From: a virus
Taxonomy: Duplodnaviria > Caudoviricetes
Length of the DNA: 64,000 nt
Direction: 5' to 3' (one strand)
IMG/VR virus record: IMGVR_UViG_3300013383_000002
Coordinates: 1 to 64,000 of that record
Below the pieces are notes generated by a model. That model worked only from the letters and a program-made list of their open reading frames with translations. It was not told where the DNA came from and made no database searches. The number at the start of each line of letters is the position of its first letter. The stretch's first letter is position 1. Position numbers and translations under genes: made by a program. Shown in pieces: positions 10,298 through 21,300 of this stretch.

Positions 10298-10729
10298 ATG
10301 GCAACTCCGTTACAGAATGTTTATCAAGCTTTTTTGTCAAAAATTTTAGAAGATGAGTGGCAAGGGTGGTCTCAGGAAGAGCTAGAAGCTGACTTAGAAA
10401 CTCTTTTAGCGGGCGCCGTTGCTCGTTTCAAATTTCCGCGCAAATCTCTTGAATGGAATGACGAAGGTTTCATTGAAGATTTAGATAATGAAGAAATTCA
10501 AATTTTAGCTTGTTATATGAAGGTGGAGTGGCTCAATCGAACCATTCTTTGCTGGGAAAATGTCAAGCCACTTTATGAGGAAAGAGACTTCTCCCAAGCA
10601 AATCTTCTTGATAAATTTGATCAAATGCTAAAAACGGAGCAAAAGACAGCCGCGCAGTTAGAAGCAATTTATTACCGCGCAATAAAACACAAGCCTTTTG
10701 CTTATCGTAAACTAGCAGAGCAGTCATGA
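10298..10729 (+). CDS. head-tail adaptor-like protein
   Basis: 143 aa, helical; function from position. Confidence 0.5.
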   Translation: MATPLQNVYQAFLSKILEDEWQGWSQEELEADLETLLAGAVARFKFPRKSLEWNDEGFIEDLDNEEIQILACYMKVEWLNRTILCWENVKPLYEERDFSQANLLDKFDQMLKTEQKTAAQLEAIYYRAIKHKPFAYRKLAEQS

Positions 10730-10995
10730 AAAAAGAATTTACTGATGGTTACATCAATAAGCTAAAAAGCAAACTATTTGGTTTATTGTGTGAGTTTGAA
10801 AAGAAAGGCGAATGGGAAAAATTTTTAGATTCTATTATTACAGAACTATTGGGTTTTCCAGAGAGTTCGCGCACAATAAATTATTATATCCTATTTGCTA
10901 AAATTTCTTCACTTCGTTATCTTCGATATGAATATTTTCGAAGCACTATTTTTAGTTGCATGACATTACTGGGGAAGACTGATGAATTATTATGA
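10726..10995 (+). CDS. hypothetical protein
   Basis: 89-aa ORF translationally coupled to neighbours. Confidence 0.6.
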   Translation: MKKEFTDGYINKLKSKLFGLLCEFEKKGEWEKFLDSIITELLGFPESSRTINYYILFAKISSLRYLRYEYFRSTIFSCMTLLGKTDELL

Positions 10996-11707
10996 TATTT
11001 ACAACAAACGATTAAACCGTTATGGTAACGATTATCAGTCTCGACTTCAAGGGAAACGTGAGTATCAATTTGAATTATATCTTGCACGTTCAGTTTATTT
11101 GACTTCTTTTGAATATGATGGAAAGCTTATTGAAGGAAGTTTTGAACGATATAAGCAAGATGATACGAAAACACTTCATTATCTTCTAACAAGAATTGAT
11201 ATAAAAATACCAAACGGAACGGTTCTGATGATACCTAATAATGAAGGAACCGAAGAACCGTGGATGGTATACTACCTTGAGCGGATAAAAGCGAGTGGTT
11301 ACAATCGTTATATAATGTTACACATGACACATTATTTGACTTGGACTGCGCGCGACGGTTCAACTCAAAATTCTTGGGCCTACATGTACGGCCAAGAAAA
11401 CAATATGCTAAAAGATGAACTTCGTTCAAGAAGTCGAATGGATACTCTATATACAGAGAATTTGAAGACAAGCTTCTTCATTATGCCAAGAAATCAGTAT
11501 ATAAAAAAAGATGATTACTTTATTGTGGGAGAAAAACCTTTCCAAGAATATTATCGAGTAACAGGATATGACCTTCAGTCAAGTGAAGGGGTTGAGTATG
11601 TAACAATTGACCCAGTTTATGAATTTGATTTGACGCCCGCGCCAAAGAAGCAAGAAGGAGATTCAGATGAAGATTTCTTTTGGCTAAATGGAGGGAATAG
11701 TGAATGA
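10982..11707 (+). CDS. head closure/neck protein (putative)
   Basis: 241 aa; function from position. Confidence 0.45.
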   Translation: MNYYDIYNKRLNRYGNDYQSRLQGKREYQFELYLARSVYLTSFEYDGKLIEGSFERYKQDDTKTLHYLLTRIDIKIPNGTVLMIPNNEGTEEPWMVYYLERIKASGYNRYIMLHMTHYLTWTARDGSTQNSWAYMYGQENNMLKDELRSRSRMDTLYTENLKTSFFIMPRNQYIKKDDYFIVGEKPFQEYYRVTGYDLQSSEGVEYVTIDPVYEFDLTPAPKKQEGDSDEDFFWLNGGNSE

Positions 11708-12192
11708 TTAGGAATCTAAAAGAAATTGGGCCTTACCTTCAAAAAATTGTTACTAGACTTCAATCAAATCAAAATCTTCTCAAATATCTCTACTATACAG
11801 ATAAAGACCCACTGGCCAATAAAGACTTAACAAAGAAACAGATACAGGAAGAAATCTTTAATAAACTAATAAAAATAGTACCACGCGTTGGTCCAAAGGA
11901 AACTGCGCAAAGTCTAATTTCTATTCGGGTTGTAAATGGTCGTCAAAATGATGCTAATAACCAAATTGAAGATTTGTCTGTTGCTATTGAAGTCTTTGTT
12001 CCTATGACTCAATGGATTATCAAAGATGAGAATCTTAGACCTTTTTGTATAATGGGTGAAGTTCAAAACTCTTTGAATGGTAAAGTCATTGATGGATTAG
12101 GGCGTGTTCATGGAGGAGATTTTGATGCTAACTTTTTTACAGAAGAAATTTCTTGTTACGAAATGACATATTCTTTTTCTCTATATGATTGA
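11704..12192 (+). CDS. tail completion/terminator-like protein (putative)
   Basis: 162 aa upstream of the tail tube gene. Confidence 0.45.
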   Translation: MIRNLKEIGPYLQKIVTRLQSNQNLLKYLYYTDKDPLANKDLTKKQIQEEIFNKLIKIVPRVGPKETAQSLISIRVVNGRQNDANNQIEDLSVAIEVFVPMTQWIIKDENLRPFCIMGEVQNSLNGKVIDGLGRVHGGDFDANFFTEEISCYEMTYSFSLYD

Positions 12193-12934
12193 CGAAAGGG
12201 TTTTTCTTGGTTTTCCAAAAAATTTTTGGAATCTCTGTAAAATATATCCTCCACGAATAAAAGATGTAATTGGGAATGATAATTTCCCTTTATATAAACG
12301 AATTCTTACTTTGTCTCAGGAAGAGATAGAAGATGAATTTACCGAGAAAGGGCTGGATTTAACCGATATGTTATCCCCTTTTGAGACATTATTTGCCAAC
12401 GCTTATAACAGCAAAGAAATGCGGCAGTTAACCAACGATGCTTTTTTCTTTTTTATTCATGAGCCAGTAACTCTTCTTTATGAACAAAAAAAAGTTGTTA
12501 TTGGAAACATTGAAGAAGTCTTAAAAGAAGTGAAAAAAGTTGAAGAATTGAAAATTATTGATGAATCTAATTTTTTTGACTTTCAAAACGAAGTGCGCGC
12601 AGTCTTGGGCGAGAAGAAAATTGACCCTCCAAACCCAAATGAAGACCCACGCCTAAAGAGAATGAAAGCAAAAGCCCGTTATCGTGATAAAATAAAAGCA
12701 AAATCGGGGAAGGGTCTTCAATTAGGGTCTTCGTTGGCTTCACTTTGTTGTATGGGTTTCGGCCTAAATCCACTTTCTCTCGGAGAGTTGAGTTATGCTT
12801 CAGTACCAGTCTTGATACGTTATTATCAAGAAAAAGAAAAATATCAACTTGATGTTGATAGTTTACTTGCTGGCGCTGATGCTAAGAAAGTAAAGCCCAA
12901 ATATTGGGTTAGAAACATTGATATGAATGAATAA
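12185..12934 (+). CDS. hypothetical tail-module protein (assembly chaperone-like)
   Basis: 249-aa coupled ORF; function from position only. Confidence 0.45.
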   Translation: MIDERVFLGFPKNFWNLCKIYPPRIKDVIGNDNFPLYKRILTLSQEEIEDEFTEKGLDLTDMLSPFETLFANAYNSKEMRQLTNDAFFFFIHEPVTLLYEQKKVVIGNIEEVLKEVKKVEELKIIDESNFFDFQNEVRAVLGEKKIDPPNPNEDPRLKRMKAKARYRDKIKAKSGKGLQLGSSLASLCCMGFGLNPLSLGELSYASVPVLIRYYQEKEKYQLDVDSLLAGADAKKVKPKYWVRNIDMNE

Positions 12935-12957
12935 GATTTTTTATAGGAGGCTATAAA

Positions 12958-14469
12958 ATGGCTGATGTACTAAGCCGCTATGGTATCAAGGAAGTTTGTG
13001 ACTTCACTCTTTATGATATCAATGACGATGGTTCTGTTGGCGCTCCTGCGCTATATCTGGATTAACAGAGTAGTCCAGAATAAATCGCGTGAATTGCTGG
13101 AAAACCCTAAAAACCAGAGAGGTATTGAACTTGAAACAAAGTGAGAATGGGCAATCAGCAGCCAAGCTTGAATGGCGGATAATTGCTGAAGATACAAATT
13201 ATATGGTTTCAAATACTGGATTAGTAAAACGAATTCAAACCAATCATATTTTATCTTTTGGAAATAAAAAAAGGTATTATACAGTAGCCTTACATAGTAA
13301 TGGCACTCGTAAAGATAGATATGTTCATAGACTTGTAGCTTTAGCCTTTCTTCCGAATCCAAATAATTTACCATATGTAAATCATCTTGACCATAATATT
13401 CATAACAATAACGTAGAAAATTTAGAATGGTGTACAAGTTCTGAAAATGCTCGACATTCATATAAAGATGGGAGACGAGCAATTGAATATCAAACAACAA
13501 GAAAAGATGTACAAAAAAAGATGGTTGATAGAGTAAAAAAACCTGTTGTTCAATATGATTTAGATATGAATTATATTACCTCTTTTGAAAGTGCAGCAGA
13601 AGCTGCTCGGCAAACAAATGTAAATGACAGAGGTATATCTTTTGTTTGTAACGGAAAAAGAAAAACAGCTGGAGGATTTATTTGGAGATTTCAAGAAGGT
13701 TCAACGACTAAGTGCTCAGAAAATCCAACTGAGACAGCGCGCGACTCTGAAACAAGAGATGATATAGTCTAATCTCAAACGAAAGTTTGAGCTTCACAAT
13801 GAAGGTTTATAAGAATTGGCTTATAAATAAATATCGATGACTCTAAAAATTTCAACCGTCGAGCAAACAGCTGATAGCACTTCTGCTCGTGGCGGCAAGG
13901 GTAATAGCGAATTGGTTATGTGGGATTTTGGTCGTGAAATCACCCTAAACCTTCAGGATGCTCTTTTCTCTGCTAAATCTATGGCAATCATGTTTGGTGA
14001 TGCTGATGGTGCTTCTGCTCCTGCTAGTGGTTCTGTGCTTCGTACTTGGAACCTAACTAAGCTTGGTACTCTTAGCGCTGCTCCTACTCAGCTAGATCTA
14101 GGCCTTGGTAAGAAGCATACTGTTTCTACTAACGCTGTTTATTATACGGCTACTGGCTCTTCTAGCTCTGAATGGAGTGCTGACGCTGTGTATATCACTG
14201 ACAAGGTTACTACCAAAGACCACACTGAAATTGTTATTAATGCTGAGACGTTCCCCGGAACTTATGCATGTATTGGCGACACTTACTGCCGTAGTGAAGA
14301 TACTGGTAACGATAGCTTCTTCCAAATTCAAATTCCAAAGGCAAAGATGCTTTCTGACGTTACTCTAACAATGGAAGCTGAGGGCGACCCCACTGTCTTT
14401 GATATGCAGATGAAGGTTCTCCGTCCAAAGAACGGCGAAATGATGAAGCTAGTCAAGTACGATATCTAA
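12958..14469 (+). CDS. major tail (tube) protein, spliced: join(12958..13062,13840..14469), 244 aa
   Basis: 35-codon exon 1 (MADVLSRYGIKEV...LYLD) with GGAGG RBS is absent from the ORF track; joins to TLKISTVEQ...ARGGKGN; strong codon bias; terminator after. Confidence 0.8.
13063..13839 (+). mobile_element. group I intron in tail tube gene (777 nt) carrying an HNH homing endonuclease
   Basis: P1 CUGGAU/GUCCAG, P10 AGAGU/ACUCU, P7 GACTA/TAGTC, P3 TCGCGT/GCGCGA, terminal G. Confidence 0.92.
13089..13772 (+). CDS. intron-encoded HNH homing endonuclease (NUMOD4-HNH-NUMOD1 type); likely start TTG 13131
   Basis: YMVSNTG, VHRLVALAF, VNHLD...NNNVENLEW, FESAAEAAR...TAGGFIW. Confidence 0.88.
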   Translation: MNCWKTLKTREVLNLKQSENGQSAAKLEWRIIAEDTNYMVSNTGLVKRIQTNHILSFGNKKRYYTVALHSNGTRKDRYVHRLVALAFLPNPNNLPYVNHLDHNIHNNNVENLEWCTSSENARHSYKDGRRAIEYQTTRKDVQKKMVDRVKKPVVQYDLDMNYITSFESAAEAARQTNVNDRGISFVCNGKRKTAGGFIWRFQEGSTTKCSENPTETARDSETRDDIV

Positions 14470-14486
14470 AATCTAATAGAGAAATA

Positions 14487-14522
14487 GGGCGGTGGAGGTT
14501 GGCCTCCATCGCTCTTTCTTTT
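14487..14522 (+). terminator. intrinsic terminator
   Basis: GGGCGGTGGAGG/CCTCCATCGCTC stem plus T-rich tail. Confidence 0.7.
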
Positions 14523-14532
14523 GGAGGATAAA

Positions 14533-15312
14533 ATGGTAGATTTATTTTCTTTCAAAGAATTAGAGCCATGCTATTTGAAAGCGACTTATCCCATAGAGAT
14601 TGGAAATAGAAAAATCGAAAAAGGAGAAATCCTTGCCACTTTTGATAAAATTCAGATTGGGGCTTTAAAAGAAGTAAAGGAGTTTGTCGCTGCGCGCGGT
14701 GGCTTTGATAATCGTGCGCACGTTTATTGGGAGACGACGAAAGAGCTTCCTATCTCATTTTCTCAGGGAGTCTTCTCAAAACTTCAACTAGCTCTTTTAA
14801 TGAATTCAAAATTGGTTGATTTTCAAGAAAGTGAACCTATTCCAATTTCATTTAGTGAGAAGTTAGAAAGTGATGAAAATGGAGAATTTAGTCTAAAAGA
14901 AATCCCAACAAAACTTTTTCTATATAAAGAGAAGACTGGTGAAAAAATTTCTTTTGAACTGAATGGAAAAAGAGTAAAAATTGAAAATCCATATACAGAT
15001 GTAATAGCACAATATACTTATAATTATATGGATGGAGCTTCTCAAATTCAATTGGGTAAGCGATTATTGACTGGTTTTGTGGAATTAGAAGCCAGAACTA
15101 GAGTAAAGGACGATACAACCGGACAAACTGTAACTGGACTTTTTAAAATTCCAAAGTTGAAACTAATGTCTGATTTATCTATTCGGCTGGGTGTGCAGGC
15201 TTCACCGGTAGTCGCTAACTTCTCAGCGATAGGTGTCCCAGTGGGTTCAAAAGGCAACTCCTATGTAGGAGAATTCTATATTTTGAACAATGATATAGAT
15301 AGTGATTTCTAA
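14533..15312 (+). CDS. tail-tube paralogue (minor tail protein)
   Basis: Shares ARGG..N....W and IPK.K..SD motifs with the spliced tube protein; GGAGG precedes ATG 14533. Confidence 0.6.
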   Translation: MVDLFSFKELEPCYLKATYPIEIGNRKIEKGEILATFDKIQIGALKEVKEFVAARGGFDNRAHVYWETTKELPISFSQGVFSKLQLALLMNSKLVDFQESEPIPISFSEKLESDENGEFSLKEIPTKLFLYKEKTGEKISFELNGKRVKIENPYTDVIAQYTYNYMDGASQIQLGKRLLTGFVELEARTRVKDDTTGQTVTGLFKIPKLKLMSDLSIRLGVQASPVVANFSAIGVPVGSKGNSYVGEFYILNNDIDSDF

Positions 15313-15317
15313 GTAGT

Positions 15318-15352
15318 ATCAGCATTAGTTTTCCGCTAATGCTGATTTTTTT
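15318..15352 (+). terminator. intrinsic terminator upstream of the tape measure gene
   Basis: ATCAGCATTAG/CTAATGCTGAT perfect stem plus T run. Confidence 0.75.
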
Positions 15353-15367
15353 ATGCAGGAGGGAGAA

Positions 15368-18300
15368 ATGGCAGATAAAAAAGTAATACAAATTGCTTTT
15401 GACGGCGATATAGAAAAAGTATCTTCTAAAATTCAAGCCATCCAGAGCGAGCTTAGTAAACTAAGTTTGGGTAAAGGACTGAATCGCGAATTCGAGGAAA
15501 CTTTTTCTTCTTTGACGGCTGAGCTAAAAAAACTCCAAGGGCTGACAGATGGTAATAAAGTAAATTTTGTCGATGTAAAAAAGGTTGAAAAGAGTGCGGA
15601 TGCTATTGATAGACTTTATGATAAGCTGTCTCGTCTCGCAAGTTCTTCTGGAGTAAATAGTTCGCTCCTTAAAAACGATAGGAAGGCAATTGATGCCTTA
15701 GCTAGCGCGCGGACCAAGTATAATTCAATTGCCGCAAGTGGGCTAAAAGAACAACAACGTCTTCAAAAGGATTTAGCTAACGCGCAAGAAAAAACAAATT
15801 CTAAGGCTGAAAGAGCACAATTTCTTGATAATCTGCGCAAACAAACTAGCGAAGCACTAATAAATGCCCAGAAAGAATTAGCATCATTAGAAGCTCAGCT
15901 TCGGGCGAAAGGTGGAAATAATCCAACAAAATATCTAAAAACGGATGATGACGGTAACGTCGTTGGTGCAGATAAACGAACTACCTTAGGTAAACAATAT
16001 AATGCACTAAAAGAACAATTGCCTGATTTGGAAGCTGCGGCGAAAAGTGCCGAAAAAGCTGTCAAACCAAGCTTCGCGCAAATTGAAGAGGAAGCAAAAA
16101 AAATTGCGGACGGAATTGATAAGGCCAAAAAGGCTCTTGATAATTTCAATAACGCACAACCTCAAAAACAAGCAAAAGCTTTTGAAGAAGTCCGTCAAGA
16201 ACTTGAAAAAATTGGCGGAATTGACTGGAAATCTCTTGGTATTGACCTTAACAGCATTAATAATATTGATGAGCTAAATAATAAGCTTTTGACTCTTTCC
16301 AATGATGCAGGTGTTCGCGCGCGACAAGTTCTTGAAAATATCCGAAACGCTAGTTCTGAGGGAGCGGAACCACTTAGAATTTTGGGTCAAAATGCTCGAG
16401 CTGCGGGACAAGACGTGCAAGAGCTTACAGATAGACAAAAAGATATTCAACGCCTAACCGACCAACTAAAAAACTTTTTCTCAATCTCTAACTCTGTTCA
16501 ATTGTTCAAACGAGCAGTTCGTTCTGCTTTTGAAACAGTAAAAGAACTTGATAATGCGATGACTGAGATTGCGGTGGTTTCTGATTTCTCTGTTAGTGAT
16601 ATGTGGGAAAGACTCCCAGAATTTACTGAACAAGCGAATGAGTTAGGCGTAGCCATCAAAGATACTTATAACGCAACTACTCTTTTTGTCGAACAGGGCT
16701 TGGATTTACAGCATTCAGTAGAACTCTCTACTGAAACCTTAAAGATGGCTCGTATTGCTGGTATGGAAGCCGCGGACGCAACCGACGCAATGACAAGCGC
16801 CCTTCGCGGATTCAATATGGAATTAAATCAAACTTCAGCACAACGTGTCAATGATGTTTACTCAGAGCTGGCAGCAATGTCCGCTTCTGATGTCCAAGAG
16901 CTTTCTACTGCTATGTCTAAGACTGCTTCTATTGCTCATAACGTCAATATGGAATTTGAGGCAACAGCGGCGTTCTTAGCTCAGGGTATTGAAAGCACTC
17001 GTGAAAGTGCAGAAACCATTGGTTCAGCTCTCCGTACAGTAATCGCTCGTTTCTCGGAGGTCAAGTCTCTTTATTCAAAAGGTGAAATTACTGGCACCGA
17101 TGAAAACGGGGAAGAAGTCAATGTCAATAAAATTCAAAAGGCATTGCGTTCTGCCGGAATTGATATGACAAAATTTTTTACAGGAGAAGAAGGGCTTGAC
17201 CAAGTTTTCTTGGAGCTTTCTCAGAAATGGAATAACTTAGACGTAACGGTCCAAAGATATTTGGAAAAGTATCTTAATCCATTGAATTGCGGGAAATTCC
17301 TTAGAGTTTTAGTAACCAAGCATATTTTATGTGGCGAAGGTAATGACTGAGGTATGGTAAAATCACTAAAAATTGGAAAATCCGCAACGAAGCTTCTATA
17401 AAAAGAAGAGCGTTCAACGACTATCGAAAGCAATAAAAATAAGGTAATTGAAAAATTACACGAAGCAAGTAGAGTAGAGAAATCGAAGCGATGGACAGAT
17501 TTGAAAAAGAATCTGATGATATAGTCTATTCCTTTGCGAAAGTAAAGGTAGTAAAGATTTCAACTGTGGCGGCCGGCAGTAGACGAGTTCAAAGTTGTCC
17601 ACTGCTTTCTGCGGCCTAATAATACAGATAGCTAAAAATCCTCTTAATTGCGGGAATATCTATCAACTTTTCAATAACCAAGTATAAATAGTAATATTTA
17701 TGTGGCGAGGGTAATGACTGAGGTATGGTAAAATCATTGAAAGGGGACAATCCGCAACGAAGTTCCCATATTGAGGGAGAACGCTCACAGACTATCGAAA
17801 GCGGTAAGATAAGGCGATTGGAATGTCGCACGAAGCGAGTAGAGTAGAGAAATCGAAAGAGAGGACTTCTTTTAGAAGAAAATATAGTCGATGGTATAAA
17901 AATGACTATTTTTATATTAGAACAGAGCCGGTTTATTTCCATGATTAACAACTACTCCCGCACTATGGAGTTAGTAAACGCAGCAAACAATAGTGCAGGC
18001 GCAAGCCAAGAACAATACGAAAAAACTCTTGAAAGTCTTCAAACAAAACTTGCCAAGTTGAAAAATGCTTGGGATGAATTTGTAATGGGACTTTCTAATA
18101 ATGAAGTTATAAAAGTAGCAGTAGACGCCCTAACAAGCCTACTTCAAACAATTAATAAAATTATTAGTTCTCTTTCTGGTGGAAATGGTCTTATAAAATC
18201 AGTCCTTTCTATGGGAACGGCAATCGGTGGCCTAAAGTTAGGAAAATCTATCATTAACTCTCTTATTGGAAACATGGTAAACACAAGAGAGGGTGGGGTT

Positions 18301-21300
18301 CTTTCTAATATTTTTGGGACGAAAACCGCTCAACAGAAAGCTGGACTTCAAACGGGTAAGAATTTCCTTTCTGGGTTTTTAGACGCAATAAAGAATAAAA
18401 GTCTGCCTAAAACAGACTATATTATTTCTGATTTTTCAAAAAATTTGACAAGTGTTTTTAAGAGTAATGAATGGAATTTCGATTTTTCAAACGCAAAACC
18501 CGAAGGTCTTACACACTTTAAAGAAAATATCACAAAGACTTTGTCACAAGGCGACGACGCCTCCAAAGCTCTTTCTGAGCAATTCTCTTCCCTCTGGGAT
18601 ACAAAACAATATAACGAAGCAATTACCATTCTTGAAAAAGCTGGAATTCAAATAAAATTGACCGGCGAAGAAGCCCAGCAAATGGGTCTTTCTGTATCAA
18701 AGACCGATAAAGATTTTAGAACCATGGCCGTTGCGGCAGGAGTGGCAGCAAGTGCTCTAATGGGATTGGCTACTATTCTGGATAATAATGAAAAGGATAA
18801 AGCAGCCAGTATTATTCGTGGTATAGCTACTGCTCTAATGGGTCTTATTCCCATCATTACAATGGTACAGACTGCAATGATAACTGGCGCCGAGAGTGTC
18901 TCTGTAGCTATCAAAAATATTCCAATTATTGGATGGATTGCCGCGATTATTTCTGCTGTAATTTCTCTTATTCAAATTTTTTCACAATTTGCTCCAGAGA
19001 CTCAAGCAGAAAAGACAGAACGTTTAGCAGAGCAAACCCAAAAAGCAACAGAAGCAGCAAAAGCAGCGCAACAAGCTTACTCCAATTTGGTTGAAAGCTT
19101 TGACAAATATGGAGAAGCTGTTGATAAAATCAATGATTTGACAGTTGGAACTACAGAATGGAAAAATGCACTTCTTGATGTAAATAATCAAGTTTTGGAA
19201 CTCTTGGATAAGTATCCTCAATTAGCATCTTATTTGACTTCTGAAAATGGTGTATTAGGAATTTCAGAGGAAGGTATCCAGAAGGCTACAGATATTGCAC
19301 AAGAGCAAGCACGTAGAGCCCAAGCCTTATCCGTTACGAGTCAGTATGCTGAAACAACCAATCAGAGAAGAATTGCTCAAGAAGCATATCAACAAAACTT
19401 CTGGTCTTATGACCAATATACTGGTAATGTTATCACAAACCCCGAAGCAGCAAAAGCTTTTTCAAATTATCTCAAAGAAAATCCAGATATGACAGCCGAA
19501 GATTTTCGGACTTTGGCTGGAGGCGCAGGGGAAGAACTCTCCAAATTGGCTGATATTACTGGCCTTACTGTCAATCAAATGGCGGATTTAGTAGATATTA
19601 CTCATTCTTATAATAAAGATATGGTAGCTTATGGCCTTCAAGAAGAAAATTACCGTAATGCTTTGGGAGTTTTAGCGGGGGATGTTTCTTCTAATAAACG
19701 TTGGAATATGGTTACTCAAATGTTTAACCTGGATGAGACTGCTTCTGAAATAGACGCCGCGCGTGATAAATTGGATACGACAATTTCTAAAATGGCTCAT
19801 GATTTGAAAGATCAAGGCTATACAAATATTATGGATTTGACCGGAAGTGACGCCACTTACCGTCAAGTTTATGAAGCCGTTACAGGTCAAAGTTCAGAGG
19901 GCATTGATATCGACAGTATAAAGGATTATATAGCTCAATTCCAAGTTTTGAATGGCCAAGTTGAAGAAGCTACTCCTATTTTGAATAAATTGAATTCTAT
20001 GGAGAATCAAGACCTAGCTGATGAAATTGCTGGACGAATTGCTGGTGGAACTGGCCTAACGCGAGCTCAAGCAGAAAAACCACTTACAAAAGCTGACTTG
20101 CAGGAAATGGCATCTCAAATGGGATATGCTAATGTCGATGAAATGGCAAAAGCTTTTGGATTTGATGATTGGACGGCTCTTTACAATCAGTGGTCACAGG
20201 ACGCTGCTTCAACTGCTCCACAGTTTGAGGAAAGGGAAGCAACTGCTGCTAATGTTATTGGTCAAAATCAAGTAGAAAAAGCAAGCTCTTTGATGGGAGG
20301 TAAAGACCTCCAAACCTACTCTAACTATCTTGAACAATTAGCTACTCTTTATGCTAAAGCGGGGGTAAATGGCGCGCAAGCGGTTGATTTGTTCCAAAGT
20401 TCTTTTGAAGCTTTGATTTCTAATAATCCTCAGTATGAGAAAGAAATCAAAGATATTATTGGAATGACCGACCTTTCTGACTATGACAGTGTCGAAGCAG
20501 CAATTTCTGAGATAAAAGAACTTATTCCTGGAGTTGGAGACGAACTCAATAATTTTGAGACAGCTCTTATTCAACTAGGTAAGGCCACTAAAAAAGTCAA
20601 CTTGAAAACCACAATGTCTGATTTGACTTCGATGTTAGACTTAGCAGATGAGATTTCTTCTCGCTCTCGTTCCGAAGGTATTACTCAAGACGAACTAGAA
20701 CAAATTGTATCTAGTGGTGTTGCTGACTACTCTGATTTTATGTTCACGGGTCAGGAATTTGTTCCAGTGACTTCTACTATGGACGACCTGGCCGAAGCAG
20801 TGCGCGCGAACACTCAAGCCGCTATTGAGAATACTTTAGCGCTTTTGAAGCAAGCAATTAGTGAAGGCGAATATGTTGAAGAAATGTTCAATCAAGAGGA
20901 ATCTTGGAAAGGAATTTCTGACGAGCAAAAAAATCGAATTCTAAGCGGAGAAGCTAGCGCGACGCTTGATGCGAACGTAATTCGAGATGTTCTTCAATTA
21001 GACAAGACTGCTTCTACGGAAGAGGTTATGTCTAAATATCGTGCTTATATGCCAGATTATTTGAATTTAGCTGATAATCGTTCTCAAGCAGAAAATTATC
21101 AAAACTATATGAACCAGGCAGCCGCTTGGAACACCGACGCACAAAATCTCCTGCTACAAGGGAATACAGATGTTCTTGATGATATTGTCAATGCTCGCGA
21201 ACTTTCTGGAACCGTTGAAAAACTAACGGATGATTATGAAGCCAATACAGAAAACGGCGAAGCTAATTCCGACATGATGAAAACTCAAGGTGTTCGGTAT

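Noticed and set aside
17350-17902. Programmed frameshift or two separate TMP genes
   Set aside because: The two-intron plus micro-exon model explains the gap, and ATG 17902 has no RBS
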